Source of the DNA: a virus
Direction: 5' to 3' (one strand)
IMG/VR virus record: IMGVR_UViG_3300020202_000062
Location: 32,001-96,000 of that record
DNA: 64,000 nucleotides
A program made the translations under genes and the position numbers. Below the pieces are notes generated by a model. It had not been told where the DNA came from, searched no databases, and was given only the letters and a program-made list of their open reading frames with translations. Below, piece after piece: positions 41,247-52,051 of this stretch. Numbering within the stretch: position 1 is the first letter of the stretch; the number at the start of each line of letters is the position of its first letter.

Positions 41247-42326
41247 TTAATCTCCCCAAGCAAAGGGAGTTTTAGGAACCCTACCCTCCATTACTTCTAC
41301 GAACACCCTCTTGTATACGGGGGCGAGTCTTTCCCATGAGATCGATTCTGCTATTTGATTAGACCATTCACTGAGTTCTTCTACTAGTTCTGGTCGCTTG
41401 TAAAGTTCATCTACCTTAGTAGCCATATCCAACTGATTGATTTCATAAACGTCAATCATACTCTTGGTCATTATCTGTTTGGAGTGTGTTGCGTCGACCA
41501 ATAATTCAGGTCTTAGGAACCCGCTCTGCGGAGATACGTTAGACATGACTGTCGGCATACCACAGGACAGAGCCTCGTTCAAGGGTAAACATAGGCCACC
41601 GAACTTCCGGGGCATGATGAAGACATCGCCCGATTCATACAGTTCTGCACTGTCTTGCGTAACCGCACTTACGATATTGATACGGCTATCCATATTACCC
41701 TTAAACCTGCTCTGCGTTCTGATTGTCAATTGAGCATCAGACTGAACGTGTCTCCACGCCTCCATTAAAGCAAGTGTACCATTCCTGTCTTCCCCCGTAG
41801 GGATACCTCCGATATGGAGGAAGTGGTTCGCTTCTGTTCTCTTTTTGAATGGAAACTGAGAACGATCTACAGGCACAGGGAGGAAGGTCTTGTTCGCAAA
41901 GGGAACATCATCAAAGCGCCATAGGCTGGGTGCCATAAACAGATCAGGCTGCGGCAAATTATGATCCCTGACGTGATCCAGGAACTCAAAGTTATATTGC
42001 AACACGGTCCTAATACCACGCTTACGTGCCTCTGTTATGAGGTAGTAGTCATACGGTGTCTCACAAGTAAATACTAGGTCTACACCGTCCAAGAACTCAT
42101 CAATGATTCGTTTAGACTCGGCACACTGGCCTCTGGTGGGTTCTGGGTACGGAGTGTACTTTAGAACCTGCGCCCCAGGGTATCTGTTCCAGTCGTTTTT
42201 CTGATTGTTAAGATGACTAAGATCTACCACCAGAGTCCTGAAAGGATTCATATGCCGGTAGAACGCATGAGTCTGCATCCCTAGCCCTGTGTAGTCCGCA
42301 CGGGCTATAAGTCCTACTCTAACCAT
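41247..42326 (-). CDS. GT-B glycosyltransferase (GT4-like)
   Basis: 'GGLCLPLNEALSCGMP' motif. Confidence 0.85.
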   Translation of the reverse strand: MVRVGLIARADYTGLGMQTHAFYRHMNPFRTLVVDLSHLNNQKNDWNRYPGAQVLKYTPYPEPTRGQCAESKRIIDEFLDGVDLVFTCETPYDYYLITEARKRGIRTVLQYNFEFLDHVRDHNLPQPDLFMAPSLWRFDDVPFANKTFLPVPVDRSQFPFKKRTEANHFLHIGGIPTGEDRNGTLALMEAWRHVQSDAQLTIRTQSRFKGNMDSRINIVSAVTQDSAELYESGDVFIMPRKFGGLCLPLNEALSCGMPTVMSNVSPQSGFLRPELLVDATHSKQIMTKSMIDVYEINQLDMATKVDELYKRPELVEELSEWSNQIAESISWERLAPVYKRVFVEVMEGRVPKTPFAWGD

Positions 42327-44025
42327 TCTCCACCGGCCTAATATCCATATCGTACTTAGGGTCTTCACCGCGACCATCTAAGTGATAACTGCGCTTGATA
42401 TTTCCCTCCGGAGTATACATCCACAACCTATGGATATACCAGCCGTCTAAACCATTATCCTCACAAACACTATGAACCCTACCATGCATTACATCCTCAA
42501 TCATGGTCTTGCTCTCTGGATTGAAATAAGTCTTTAGCATGTGTTTGTAGTAGAAGGTGTTGGATAGGTGCGGCCTCTGACTCCATTGCATAGTGCGGCG
42601 CATAGGTACGTTATTTACGATCTGAGTCTCTTTGTCGAACATCATATGATCATGGTCCGGCAAGACTAATGCCTCGTGATGGAAACGAATAGTATACGCC
42701 TCACCCATTCTAATGGTTGTGATCATGTCGTCCCATGGTAGGGTGAAGTCTGGACACAATGGCGCATCGTGCTCTACGAAAAGAATCGTGTCTGTCTTGA
42801 CTAGATCCAAACACACACGAGTCATCTTAGCCTGGTGCATATGCTCTTCAAAGACAACAGGTAGCACGTTATGCCACTTATGATGCGCCATCCACAGAAC
42901 CCTGCGAACATACTCTTCGTAGTCTGCGACCCTGTTAGCCTGTTCTTCTCTAACTCCATCCAGCATGAGAATGATTTCACTCTCGGGTAGATGCAATCTG
43001 ATGTCTGCGATACATTTCTCTAACATCTCAGTGCTGGGGTGTGCAGGGATGACGCTGCTCGGCATCAGTACAGTTACGGTGCGGCGTTGATCCTTGCAAG
43101 GATCTAAGCCTCTAACGTCCCTGATATCATCGACCAGATCGTGCGCCATCTTACGCTTCATCTTCATCCACCACGCAAAGATTCGATTGGAAAGTTTCTT
43201 CCATTGATCTAACGCATCCATGGTGTACGGGATAAGATCAGAGTAGTTCCTGATGACAGGGAATGGAACTATCTCCCCGAAGAAGAACTGCCAGTAGTCA
43301 TCACCAAAGTCATCATTGTTCTTCGATGATTGAACTCGGGTGTCAGCCATCGGCACACACCCTGCTTCTAGTGCCTCAAATAGGCGAAAACTATCAGGAG
43401 TTTCAGGACCGGATGGAGCATAGGCTATCTTAGCCCTAGCCATTTCACGGTAGTAATCTACTGGATCTAGCCCCTGCGTGAAACCGGGCGTAGGTAAGTA
43501 GTATCCTTCTACCTCATCCTGCTCTAATAGTAACTCCAACTGCTGACCCAATTGCATACGTCGTTCGTGTGTAACTTGACCGGCGAAGTACCAGTCGTTG
43601 TCCCTCTCAGGCATGTCGATCTGTGTTAGGTACTCTCTAGCCTGTGGCGGATAGCCCGTCCCCAGAAAGCGCACGTTGTTGTATCTTTCCTGGCGACGTG
43701 GCGACATGACCCACAACTTCATGTTGGGATGGGACAGTTTCTCAAACGGAAACACTGCCTCTTCGTCTCCAGTCAGCATGAGGATGACCCAATTGAGAGG
43801 CTTGATCAGTTCGTTTAGTTGATCTATATAATGTACCTGTGCCCTAGCGGGGAAGACGATGATTGCACCGTCAGTGATTCCCTCTAGAGACTCAGTGTGT
43901 GTAAATTCTGGAAGATGAGGGGCGTCCCATAGTTCGTGACTGAACAGAGACTCTAACATTCCCTGATCCCAATACCCCCTTCCCGGAGTTGTTGGGTTCA
44001 AACTTAGCCACACAACTGGAATCAT
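42319..44025 (-). CDS. Two-domain glycosyltransferase (exostosin/GT47-like + GT-A)
   Basis: 'APSGPETPDSFRLFEALEAGCVP'; C-terminal 'ILMLDG', 'FVEHD'. Confidence 0.75.
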   Translation of the reverse strand: MIPVVWLSLNPTTPGRGYWDQGMLESLFSHELWDAPHLPEFTHTESLEGITDGAIIVFPARAQVHYIDQLNELIKPLNWVILMLTGDEEAVFPFEKLSHPNMKLWVMSPRRQERYNNVRFLGTGYPPQAREYLTQIDMPERDNDWYFAGQVTHERRMQLGQQLELLLEQDEVEGYYLPTPGFTQGLDPVDYYREMARAKIAYAPSGPETPDSFRLFEALEAGCVPMADTRVQSSKNNDDFGDDYWQFFFGEIVPFPVIRNYSDLIPYTMDALDQWKKLSNRIFAWWMKMKRKMAHDLVDDIRDVRGLDPCKDQRRTVTVLMPSSVIPAHPSTEMLEKCIADIRLHLPESEIILMLDGVREEQANRVADYEEYVRRVLWMAHHKWHNVLPVVFEEHMHQAKMTRVCLDLVKTDTILFVEHDAPLCPDFTLPWDDMITTIRMGEAYTIRFHHEALVLPDHDHMMFDKETQIVNNVPMRRTMQWSQRPHLSNTFYYKHMLKTYFNPESKTMIEDVMHGRVHSVCEDNGLDGWYIHRLWMYTPEGNIKRSYHLDGRGEDPKYDMDIRPVENG

Positions 44026-44711
44026 TATGTCCTCACAAAAAGTAGATTGAACTGCGGCTCTGAGAAGTCATTGTCCCACGGCCTCTTGTCGGCATCTGCA
44101 TAAAACGCCTCATAACCGCAACTAAGAATATAGTTTACCATATCTGGATAGGTGTCGTTGAAGCACGGTGAGATTTCTATCAGAGCATAGTTGATAGACT
44201 GAGTCTCAAACATGAAAGAGCATGTCTCTACGGCGAATCTGTCATTTCCTTCCAGATCGCACTTCATTAACTCAATGCCATGGGTGATAGAAAGGGTGCC
44301 GAGGGAGCCATCTATCCATTTGTGTTGGACAGAAACTAGATCCTCCACTCCGTTCATGCGTGCGTTATCTTCTAAGGTTAGAATATTCTCTTGGTCGCCC
44401 TCGTATCCCCACGCTACATGCCCATGTAGTGCGGCCAGTATACTGAACCACCCAATATGAGTGCCGAAGTCTAAAACAAGACTTTCTTCCCTTGCGTTCT
44501 GTAGAATCTCAAGCACACAACTGGTTTCGGCTGGCTCCCAAATACCATACAGAGACAACGTGTTACTTATGTCATCTTGTCCGGTGCAGTAACCCGCAAA
44601 TCCCTTGTACTTATCGTAGTCGTACACAGACATATCAAAGGATAGATCCCCCGCATGGCAGGGGACTATCTTTCTATCGTGTCTTTCGTGGCCTGCTTGA
44701 CAGGTGTTCAT
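44025..44711 (-). CDS. FkbM-family methyltransferase
   Basis: 'WEPAET', 'LDFGTHIGWFS', 'KCDLEGND'. Confidence 0.82.
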   Translation of the reverse strand: MNTCQAGHERHDRKIVPCHAGDLSFDMSVYDYDKYKGFAGYCTGQDDISNTLSLYGIWEPAETSCVLEILQNAREESLVLDFGTHIGWFSILAALHGHVAWGYEGDQENILTLEDNARMNGVEDLVSVQHKWIDGSLGTLSITHGIELMKCDLEGNDRFAVETCSFMFETQSINYALIEISPCFNDTYPDMVNYILSCGYEAFYADADKRPWDNDFSEPQFNLLFVRT

Positions 44712-44712
44712 C

Positions 44713-45450
44713 TTAGACCTCTGGCGTGTATAGAACGTGTAGTTCGTGCTGGTAGTCTAGGATTGTTTCCCTGTAACCGAAGTCCTTGATCCATCTACGG
44801 AACTCTGCTGCGTACTCACCGTACTGATGGAACATAAACTCAGGATGGACCGAGCCAATGATCAGTGGCTTATGCTCTCTGACCGTATTCTCTGCACCCC
44901 TCATAACCTGCCAGTCACTACCTTCGCAATCGAATGTAATGATGGTGGGGACAAGCCCAGTGCGCTTTACGTAATCATCGATCTTGATCTGAGGTACGGC
45001 GCTTGATTCTTGATATAGTTCCCTGAATCCATGATCGCCAATTACTGGACCATAGGCGCACACTGGCCAGCCGTCACGATCGCCAACTTCAAAGTCTAGG
45101 TTTGGTGGATCTTCTTCGGTGCTATTGGAAGCAAAACCTACAAAGTATCCAGCAGGTGGGATTAGGCCATTTGCGTCCCAGATAGCACGAATGTTAGGCC
45201 ATACCTTTGCATTAGGCTCAAAAAGAACAACGTCTGCTCCCCATAGGCTACAGAGTGCTGGCATCTCGCCTTCCTCTGCGCCGACATAGAAAACCATATG
45301 ATCGTCTCTCGCGCTGATGTACTCGTACATCGTGGCTAGTCTCTTCTTTTCCCAGCCTTCTGGAGTGTACCACTCAGGGCGCTGTGCCCTGTGCATGGGC
45401 AGGATGATATCAAACTGTCCATTAAGTGTTGCTAAAACCATCTCTGCCAT
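44713..45450 (-). CDS. FkbM-family methyltransferase
   Basis: 'YVGAEEG', 'FEPN', 'DCEGSD..V.RGA'. Confidence 0.8.
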   Translation of the reverse strand: MAEMVLATLNGQFDIILPMHRAQRPEWYTPEGWEKKRLATMYEYISARDDHMVFYVGAEEGEMPALCSLWGADVVLFEPNAKVWPNIRAIWDANGLIPPAGYFVGFASNSTEEDPPNLDFEVGDRDGWPVCAYGPVIGDHGFRELYQESSAVPQIKIDDYVKRTGLVPTIITFDCEGSDWQVMRGAENTVREHKPLIIGSVHPEFMFHQYGEYAAEFRRWIKDFGYRETILDYQHELHVLYTPEV

Positions 45451-46397
45451 TAAAATACTGTCTCCAAAATCTGCTGTGCTCTGTTTACGTAAGTGTGATG
45501 TTCTGCGGTTTTCTTGTGGCAGTAGTCGCGCACCGTCTCTCGTTTTGCGTCATCTTCCAAGAAGTACTTAATTAGGCTTTCGAGACCACCAAAATCACCC
45601 CATCTATACCATGGGATCATATCATCATACATTTCTCGTACTGCGTCAATTTGAGGCATGATGAGAAATCCACCTCTGCCGGTGGCTTCTGGTACCCTGT
45701 CCGACCAGTAATGGGACTTCTCCTTCGGTAAGCACAACGAGTCACCAACTGTGACTTTGGAACTCCGGTAGAAGTCGTTCATGTTGTGGTCGCGGTCGAT
45801 CTTCTCTTGGTCGCCACCGGGATTCTTGAAACTCCATCCATTGCGAGCGCACATGTCTCGTAGGAAGTTTACGAGTTCCTTCCGGTACATCCAAACATCC
45901 TCATGATAACCGACTCCATTAGATCCAACAAACGCCACATCGCACGCGTACTTCTCCTGGAAGGTACCCGGCGTGGTGGCATCGTGTCGTACCGCTGGAG
46001 GTAGCCATATGTGGTTCTTTCCGAATCGTTTCCACTCATCTTGATAATCTCCGTCTGCCGTGAAGATGTATGCGGTGTGGAACATAGGGTTCCTCCACCA
46101 TTGTCTGTTGCCTCTGCTTGTGCCCCAAAATGTATCTAGATGTAGAGTGGCAGTTGGCTTGTTATTCTTGGCGCACCATTGGAACACGTCCACCATGTCC
46201 ACCAGAGGTAGTGCCTCGTCCCACGTTGACGTAATCAACAGTAGATCAGCACTCTTCATAGTCCCCCAAATAGTTGCGGGATCTGTTACGTTCTCCTGTA
46301 GTTGAATGACCTCATGACCTAAGTGTTCAAAGGCTTTACGGACATCATTCTCTGTACTGTATGGAGGGCCGAAATTTCCGACGTATGCTACCCTCAC
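45450..46397 (-). CDS. Glycosyltransferase (CgeB/GT-B type)
   Basis: 'DVAFVGS', 'WSDRVPEATGRGGF', 'HTYVNR'. Confidence 0.82.
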   Translation of the reverse strand: MRVAYVGNFGPPYSTENDVRKAFEHLGHEVIQLQENVTDPATIWGTMKSADLLLITSTWDEALPLVDMVDVFQWCAKNNKPTATLHLDTFWGTSRGNRQWWRNPMFHTAYIFTADGDYQDEWKRFGKNHIWLPPAVRHDATTPGTFQEKYACDVAFVGSNGVGYHEDVWMYRKELVNFLRDMCARNGWSFKNPGGDQEKIDRDHNMNDFYRSSKVTVGDSLCLPKEKSHYWSDRVPEATGRGGFLIMPQIDAVREMYDDMIPWYRWGDFGGLESLIKYFLEDDAKRETVRDYCHKKTAEHHTYVNRAQQILETVF

Positions 46398-46996
46398 ACT
46401 CTTCTCCTGTTTCTTGCGTCGTTCTTGATCTTATGGTACCAGTAATCTTGCTTGTTGAAGGTGCCAGTGTTGCGGCCTTCTTTACCGACCGAGATTCTAT
46501 ACACTGCTTCCGGACACTGTCCAATCGTAGCCCCGGCTTCTTCCATTCTCAGCCACAATGCCCAATCTTCAAACATGGCCTCGGGACCAAAGCCACCCAC
46601 TCGAAAGAAGATATCAGCCCTACACATAGCGCCGATGACAATATAGTTTCCTTCGACTAGTGGCTTAGATGGGATGAGCGCTGGTTCATCATCTTCTGTA
46701 CCATCAGGCCATACACCCAACGTAGAAGGCTGACGAATATCTCCTGTTCCCTCTAGCATCTTCTCGATATATCGAGGGTCAAGAGTATCATCGGCGTCCA
46801 GAAAGATGAACCAGTCCATTTCGCTCATCTGTATGGCTGCTGTATTACGAGCATTCTGAAGGTTGAGGCCGTGATGCCAAATCCAGTTGTCTGGCATTCT
46901 GGTCTGCGCTTCGATTGACGCCCATGCCGGTTCCTTCACCTTCTCCCAATGCTCCTTGTTGCCATAAGTAGCAATGATGACTCCGACCTTATCCAT
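46394..46996 (-). CDS. GT2 glycosyltransferase
   Basis: 'ARN', 'FLDADD', 'EDWALWLR'. Confidence 0.88.
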   Translation of the reverse strand: MDKVGVIIATYGNKEHWEKVKEPAWASIEAQTRMPDNWIWHHGLNLQNARNTAAIQMSEMDWFIFLDADDTLDPRYIEKMLEGTGDIRQPSTLGVWPDGTEDDEPALIPSKPLVEGNYIVIGAMCRADIFFRVGGFGPEAMFEDWALWLRMEEAGATIGQCPEAVYRISVGKEGRNTGTFNKQDYWYHKIKNDARNRRRV

Positions 46997-47685
46997 TACC
47001 AGTTACCCCACGGTTCTAGCACCGGGTCAGGATCTATGATCGACTGGATATGCTGAAGTGAGTGGAAATTACCCTGATCCAAGGTCATGTACCTCTCATA
47101 CTTTGCCTGCTTATCCTCATCCTTCATGTAACCTAAGTGTTGCATAACTAGCGGAGTATCTCGCATGAACTTACCGCGTCGAATCAGAGTCTCTACATAC
47201 ATAGGTTCCGAACCGCATGCCAACTTCTTGTCCTTGAACCTGCCGCCTAGGAAGTATCGGTACAGCCTGAAACTACCTGATGGCTTCCATGCCTTGTCAA
47301 CCCTATAGTGAGTATCGTTCCACATATGGAAGAATGTCACGTTGATTACGTCAAACATGGGCTGGCTCATTAACTTGTTGATGTTGAAGTTTGGTTGCGT
47401 ACACCACAACTTCTCGTCACAGTCAACAGACAGAATCCAATCACCTACGTCAGCGTGCTTCTGTAGGTTCTTCCATGCGGCAGTGCGGAGCAGCCCCTCA
47501 TCCTCAGTGAAGAGTGGGCGCTCGTTCTTGTAGACAGTAGCATACTTGGCGGCAATTTCTGCCGTGTTATCATCAGAAGCATCGTCGGTGAAGACGATGT
47601 GATCTACGATCGACCTCAAGTGATCTAATACTTCTTCTAAGTAACGGTCAGCCTCATTGCGACCAACCATTTGCGCCAGGAGCAT
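46996..47685 (-). CDS. GT2 glycosyltransferase
   Basis: 'RNEA', 'DDASDDNT', 'WILSVDCDE', 'HLGY'. Confidence 0.88.
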   Translation of the reverse strand: MLLAQMVGRNEADRYLEEVLDHLRSIVDHIVFTDDASDDNTAEIAAKYATVYKNERPLFTEDEGLLRTAAWKNLQKHADVGDWILSVDCDEKLWCTQPNFNINKLMSQPMFDVINVTFFHMWNDTHYRVDKAWKPSGSFRLYRYFLGGRFKDKKLACGSEPMYVETLIRRGKFMRDTPLVMQHLGYMKDEDKQAKYERYMTLDQGNFHSLQHIQSIIDPDPVLEPWGNW

Positions 47686-47902
47686 TACCTGTCCTCATTT
47701 TTATCTAGTTCTTGCTTAACCATAGAGTGGAGTCTCTTCGCTTCCTCAAGAGTTTCTTCTATCGTGGCGGCAGGATGTCTCCATTGTCCCTCGGGTACAA
47801 TGGTTTCGATTCGCTCTACCAGGTACGCCGTATAGGCTCGTAGGGCGGCCTCAATTGTCCGTAGTTCGTGCGCCCTAAAGCCATAGTTTGTTTCTACGTG
47901 CA

Positions 47903-48679
47903 TTACAAATCCTCTTCTTTCAGAAGGTATCTATTCAATTCTAACCTTCTATTAGCAAAGTTGCAATAGGTTGGTACCTTTTCAAAACCAACGTACTGCC
48001 GCTCTGATTGCTTCGCTGCCCAAGCGACTTGTCCAGAACCCATGAATGGATCTAAGATCAAGTCCCCTTTCTCTGAAGAATAAGCTAAACATTTATCTAC
48101 TAATTCCAATGGTAATCTTGTGGGAGTCTTAATTGAATTGGGCCAGTACTCCCGGTTAATGACCCATACATCTTCCATGTCTTTGTATCTCTTCTTCGTC
48201 CCATCTTCATTCGTGTCACCTGCCGAAAAGCGTGCTTCGTTATCGAAGAACCTCTTAGCCTTTGGTTTGGCTACGTACAAGCAGTGATAGTGGGAGGATA
48301 CAAACTTGCGACTAGTGTATACACCAAACTGATATTTCCAGATGATATGGTTGATTGTCTCTAGTCCGCAGTCGTCAATGGCGCAGAGTATATCCTTGAG
48401 GTTATTCCACCCCGAAAAGATATACATTGCGCCATCGTCTTTTAGAACCCGAGTGCACTCCTTGAGCCACTTCATGGTCCATTCGTAATAGTCTTCCTCG
48501 GCCTCTTCGTAACCCTCTAAGACGTTCTCATCGTTGCGGTTATAATTAGCCTTCTTTGCTTCGAACTCGATACCAAACGGCGGATCAGTTACGACTAGAT
48601 CAACGGAGCCAGTCTGGAGTAATTTCAATCCAACATTGACTGAGTCCATGTTGTAGATTCTGTTGGTAGATAAGTTCAT
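47903..48679 (-). CDS. DNA methyltransferase (N6/N4, beta class)
   Basis: 'VTDPPF' precedes 'LDPFMGSG'. Confidence 0.9.
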   Translation of the reverse strand: MNLSTNRIYNMDSVNVGLKLLQTGSVDLVVTDPPFGIEFEAKKANYNRNDENVLEGYEEAEEDYYEWTMKWLKECTRVLKDDGAMYIFSGWNNLKDILCAIDDCGLETINHIIWKYQFGVYTSRKFVSSHYHCLYVAKPKAKRFFDNEARFSAGDTNEDGTKKRYKDMEDVWVINREYWPNSIKTPTRLPLELVDKCLAYSSEKGDLILDPFMGSGQVAWAAKQSERQYVGFEKVPTYCNFANRRLELNRYLLKEEDL

Positions 48680-48756
48680 GTTGCTCATTCCAAAATGCAC
48701 AGTCTGGGTGACCACAATGCGATGGGCCGTAGTCTAGCATATGAATACAGTCAGGC

Positions 48757-49083
48757 CTAATCAAGGTAGCCAAGTCTATCAATGCACTCTATCATAGCCA
48801 CACAGCATGCTGCCACCTGGACTGCTTCGTATCTAAGGTTTTCGTCTTTGACCCCACCGAATCCATGACGATTAACTTCTGTAGCCAGTTCACCTAACTC
48901 TTCAGTGATGATACTTAGCCACTTAAAAACATCGTGATTTTGCTCACCCCACTGCTCGTCTTGTGCCTTGTTTTCTTCTAAGATTTCGCAAGTTATCTTG
49001 TGTCTACGAAGGTGCCTACCAATTTCGTATAACTTCTCTTTTATCTCAGTAAACTCTTCATATTTCTGCTCTAAGTTAGTCAT
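48757..49083 (-). CDS. MazG-like nucleotide pyrophosphohydrolase
   Basis: 'QWGEQNH', 'ITEELGEL', 'EAVQVAA'. Confidence 0.8.
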   Translation of the reverse strand: MTNLEQKYEEFTEIKEKLYEIGRHLRRHKITCEILEENKAQDEQWGEQNHDVFKWLSIITEELGELATEVNRHGFGGVKDENLRYEAVQVAACCVAMIECIDRLGYLD

Positions 49084-49882
49084 GTTCGATGCCAAGGGTA
49101 TCACATGCCTCTCTAAATATCTTCTGGCTCTTTAAGAAGAGCGGTCTTAGTTTTGGGTCGGGGCCATTAGTTGAAGCCATCCACGTGTGACCTATTGAAA
49201 TGTTTCCGTCGTACCATACGTTATACCCAAGATGGCGGGCGAAGTATGAACACCACGTTTCCTCAAAGTAATGGGGAGTAGGAAGGAATGCACCCGTTGT
49301 ACCAGGGAACATATTCTGATACCTGGCGTTGTTGGTCATGGCATTCCACACGGAACGCTTGATGAAGTATGCAGATCCTGAGATGGTTACGCACTCAATA
49401 CGATCCTTGTATAGTTTATCTTCTGGATCGTGTTCATTCCATCCACGATGGCGTGGCTTTGTGTTCTCTCCGATTATCCCGGCGTGTCGGATGTAACCGT
49501 TCTCGTCACGTTGTTTGGGTCCTAGGATATGCTGGTTTGGGTATCTCTCGAATGATAGGAAAACCTCAATTAAATCCTGCTCTGTCAACCATACGTCAGC
49601 ATTAAGGAGTCCAATGATCCAACTCTTGCCTTTTGACGCCAACTGATTACATGCTGCCGAGTAGCCAATGTTCTCATTGAGATAAAGGTCTTCCTCATCT
49701 AAACACAAGTAAGTCCTTGTAGCCTCTTGTAGAAACTCTGCTGTTCCATCAGTAGATCCGTTGTCGGCAATACGCAACTTGTACGAGGGCATGCAGGCGG
49801 TGGTTGATTCTAGTGTGTCTAGAAATCTCTCAATTTCATTTCGATTGTTGTGAGAGACTACACACAGATCAATCGCTGTCAT
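49076..49882 (-). CDS. GT2 glycosyltransferase
   Basis: 'DNGSTDGT', 'NIGYSAACN', 'LLNAD', 'YFEET'. Confidence 0.88.
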   Translation of the reverse strand: MTAIDLCVVSHNNRNEIERFLDTLESTTACMPSYKLRIADNGSTDGTAEFLQEATRTYLCLDEEDLYLNENIGYSAACNQLASKGKSWIIGLLNADVWLTEQDLIEVFLSFERYPNQHILGPKQRDENGYIRHAGIIGENTKPRHRGWNEHDPEDKLYKDRIECVTISGSAYFIKRSVWNAMTNNARYQNMFPGTTGAFLPTPHYFEETWCSYFARHLGYNVWYDGNISIGHTWMASTNGPDPKLRPLFLKSQKIFREACDTLGIEHD

Positions 49883-50675
49883 ATTCTAGTTCTTCCTTGC
49901 TGTAGAACTCATTCCAGCCGCAACTCTCTTCGCAATAATATGCGTCGAAGCATACGGCGTACTGTAGCGCATTACTGCATCTTGGGCATAGGCGCTCTAT
50001 CATGAGTTCACCACCTGATGGAATGCTTTCTCTGGATCCATTCCGCCCAACACCAAAGCACTGAATCGCTTAGTTGCTTCGGCCACCTTATCTCCATCGA
50101 TGTACTCAATAAAACGGTTGTACCACTGCTGAATGGTAGGTTGTGGGGGCTGGGGCTGAACTGCCCACAGGAACCCCACAACTCCACTGAACACTAGTGT
50201 CCCGATAATCAATTTACCAATCATCGTCGTCATAGACCTCTTCTTCGACAAGGTTCTCTTGTGCGCTTTCCCAGATATACGAAGACCACTGAGCCATAAA
50301 GCCCTCGCCACCTTCGTGCTCTAGGGATAGATCACCCAAGAGTCCCGCTAGCCATTCCCACTGATCTAATGACATGATTACAAAAGACTCGCCCGGCTCT
50401 AACCGGACCACAGCCTTAGTCTTCCTACTCAACGGACACTTCTTTCACTTTAGGTTCTTTGTATTTGATCTCTGCATTCAGGACTTCTTCTTGCGGCACT
50501 TGGTAGACAGACAGCACTTGGTTGTCTGGCTCAAACGCTAAGAAGAACACACGCTTGTCTTCTAGTTTAGATCCCTCGGGCGGCGGCGAATTGAGCGCCA
50601 CGTCCTTCTTCTGGGCAGCGTAGACCTGACTATCGTTCATATAGAGTACGATATAATTGGTCTTAGTTGCTGGCA

Positions 50676-51161
50676 TTAGACGGTCACCACCTGCTCGTTA
50701 AAGCGTATATCAATGCCGAAGGTACCGGGAATCAAGCGGCGCTTGACACCTGCTTCATCTAGCATAGTGTAGGCGATTGCGATGGAATCTAACCAACTCT
50801 GTGACGCACCGTCGTGAAGTGTAGTCTCGTGTCCTACCACCTCAGTAATACCTGCCTGAATAATAGCACGGGCACAGTCTGTGCAAGCAAACCAAGGACA
50901 GTACATCGTAGCGCCAGCAGTCATTACTCCATTCCTTGCGGCGGCGAAGATAGAATTGCGCTCAGCGTGCTCCACATACGAATACTTCAATGGTCTTACC
51001 CAACGCTCAGATAGATTCTGAACGCCGTATGGGAAATGGTTAGCACCGCGAGCAACGATTAGTCCATTCTGCACCAGGATTGCACCGTTTTGTGTGCTGG
51101 GGTCTGTACTGAAATCGTGCGCTACTTCGTATGCTTCTCTTAAAAACTCTAGTTCACTCAT
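50676..51161 (-). CDS. dCMP deaminase
   Basis: 'HAERN', 'CTDCA.AIIQAGI'. Confidence 0.92.
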   Translation of the reverse strand: MSELEFLREAYEVAHDFSTDPSTQNGAILVQNGLIVARGANHFPYGVQNLSERWVRPLKYSYVEHAERNSIFAAARNGVMTAGATMYCPWFACTDCARAIIQAGITEVVGHETTLHDGASQSWLDSIAIAYTMLDEAGVKRRLIPGTFGIDIRFNEQVVTV

Positions 51162-51322
51162 TACTTTCCTAAATATTGACTACAGCAACTATGCTCCACA
51201 GGAATAAGATTAAACTAAGGACAAATGCTGTAGTCCTTGTTGATCCTTCCGAACCAGTGGAGAGACTTGCTAAACATGCGGCCCAGAAGAATCCGAAGGT
51301 CGCTAAAAACAGTAACAGGGTA

Positions 51323-52051
51323 TTAACTATCATTCCTCTTCATCCATGCTTCGATGGCGTTAGGCCAATGTGGCTTGATTAGTTCGTGCACGGCTGCCGC
51401 ATACAACTGAATCTCTTTCTGGGCGTCATGCGCCAATCTCTGATCTAAGAAGTGTAGCACACCTTGTAGCGAACAGGTCCAGCGCCAGCGAACGTATAGA
51501 GCGTAGGCAGGAAGAAATAGGCGTGCTTGCTCTGCGGCCACACCAGCCTCTAGAGCCGCCTCGTAAGCACCTAAGCACGTGCCGTAGATGCTATTAAGCC
51601 AAATGGTCCAGTCAATACCATCTTCGGCAGGGAGGTTCTCACCTGATCCTTGCTTGGAATTTGCTGGTGCGCTGCGCCATTCTGTGACACCAGGAGCATA
51701 GAACTCTGGCTCTTCGGTAATATAGCGGCGACTTGATTCATTCCATGCGAATACTGGATCACGAAATGACAATTCCGCACCGATATCCTGATGGTCGCTA
51801 CCAATGACATACTTGTACCACTGATTCTTTACGATCATCGGAGCGTAGACTTCAAATTCAATTACGGAATGTCGGAACGGAGAGGTATGATCCTCTCTTG
51901 CGAGGAAGTTCAGTAGGCCCTTGTCCCTCTTGTCTAACTCCTCAGACTCCTTATCGTATGAAACGCGAGCAGCGTTAACTACGCTTAAGTCCCGGCCCAT
52001 ATGCTCGACCAATCTTACATAGCCGTGATCTAATACATCTATCTTATTCAT
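51323..52051 (-). CDS. thyX: Flavin-dependent thymidylate synthase
   Basis: 'NAARVS', 'HTSPF', 'NESSRRY', 'EQARLFLP', 'AQKEI'. Confidence 0.9.
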   Translation of the reverse strand: MNKIDVLDHGYVRLVEHMGRDLSVVNAARVSYDKESEELDKRDKGLLNFLAREDHTSPFRHSVIEFEVYAPMIVKNQWYKYVIGSDHQDIGAELSFRDPVFAWNESSRRYITEEPEFYAPGVTEWRSAPANSKQGSGENLPAEDGIDWTIWLNSIYGTCLGAYEAALEAGVAAEQARLFLPAYALYVRWRWTCSLQGVLHFLDQRLAHDAQKEIQLYAAAVHELIKPHWPNAIEAWMKRNDS

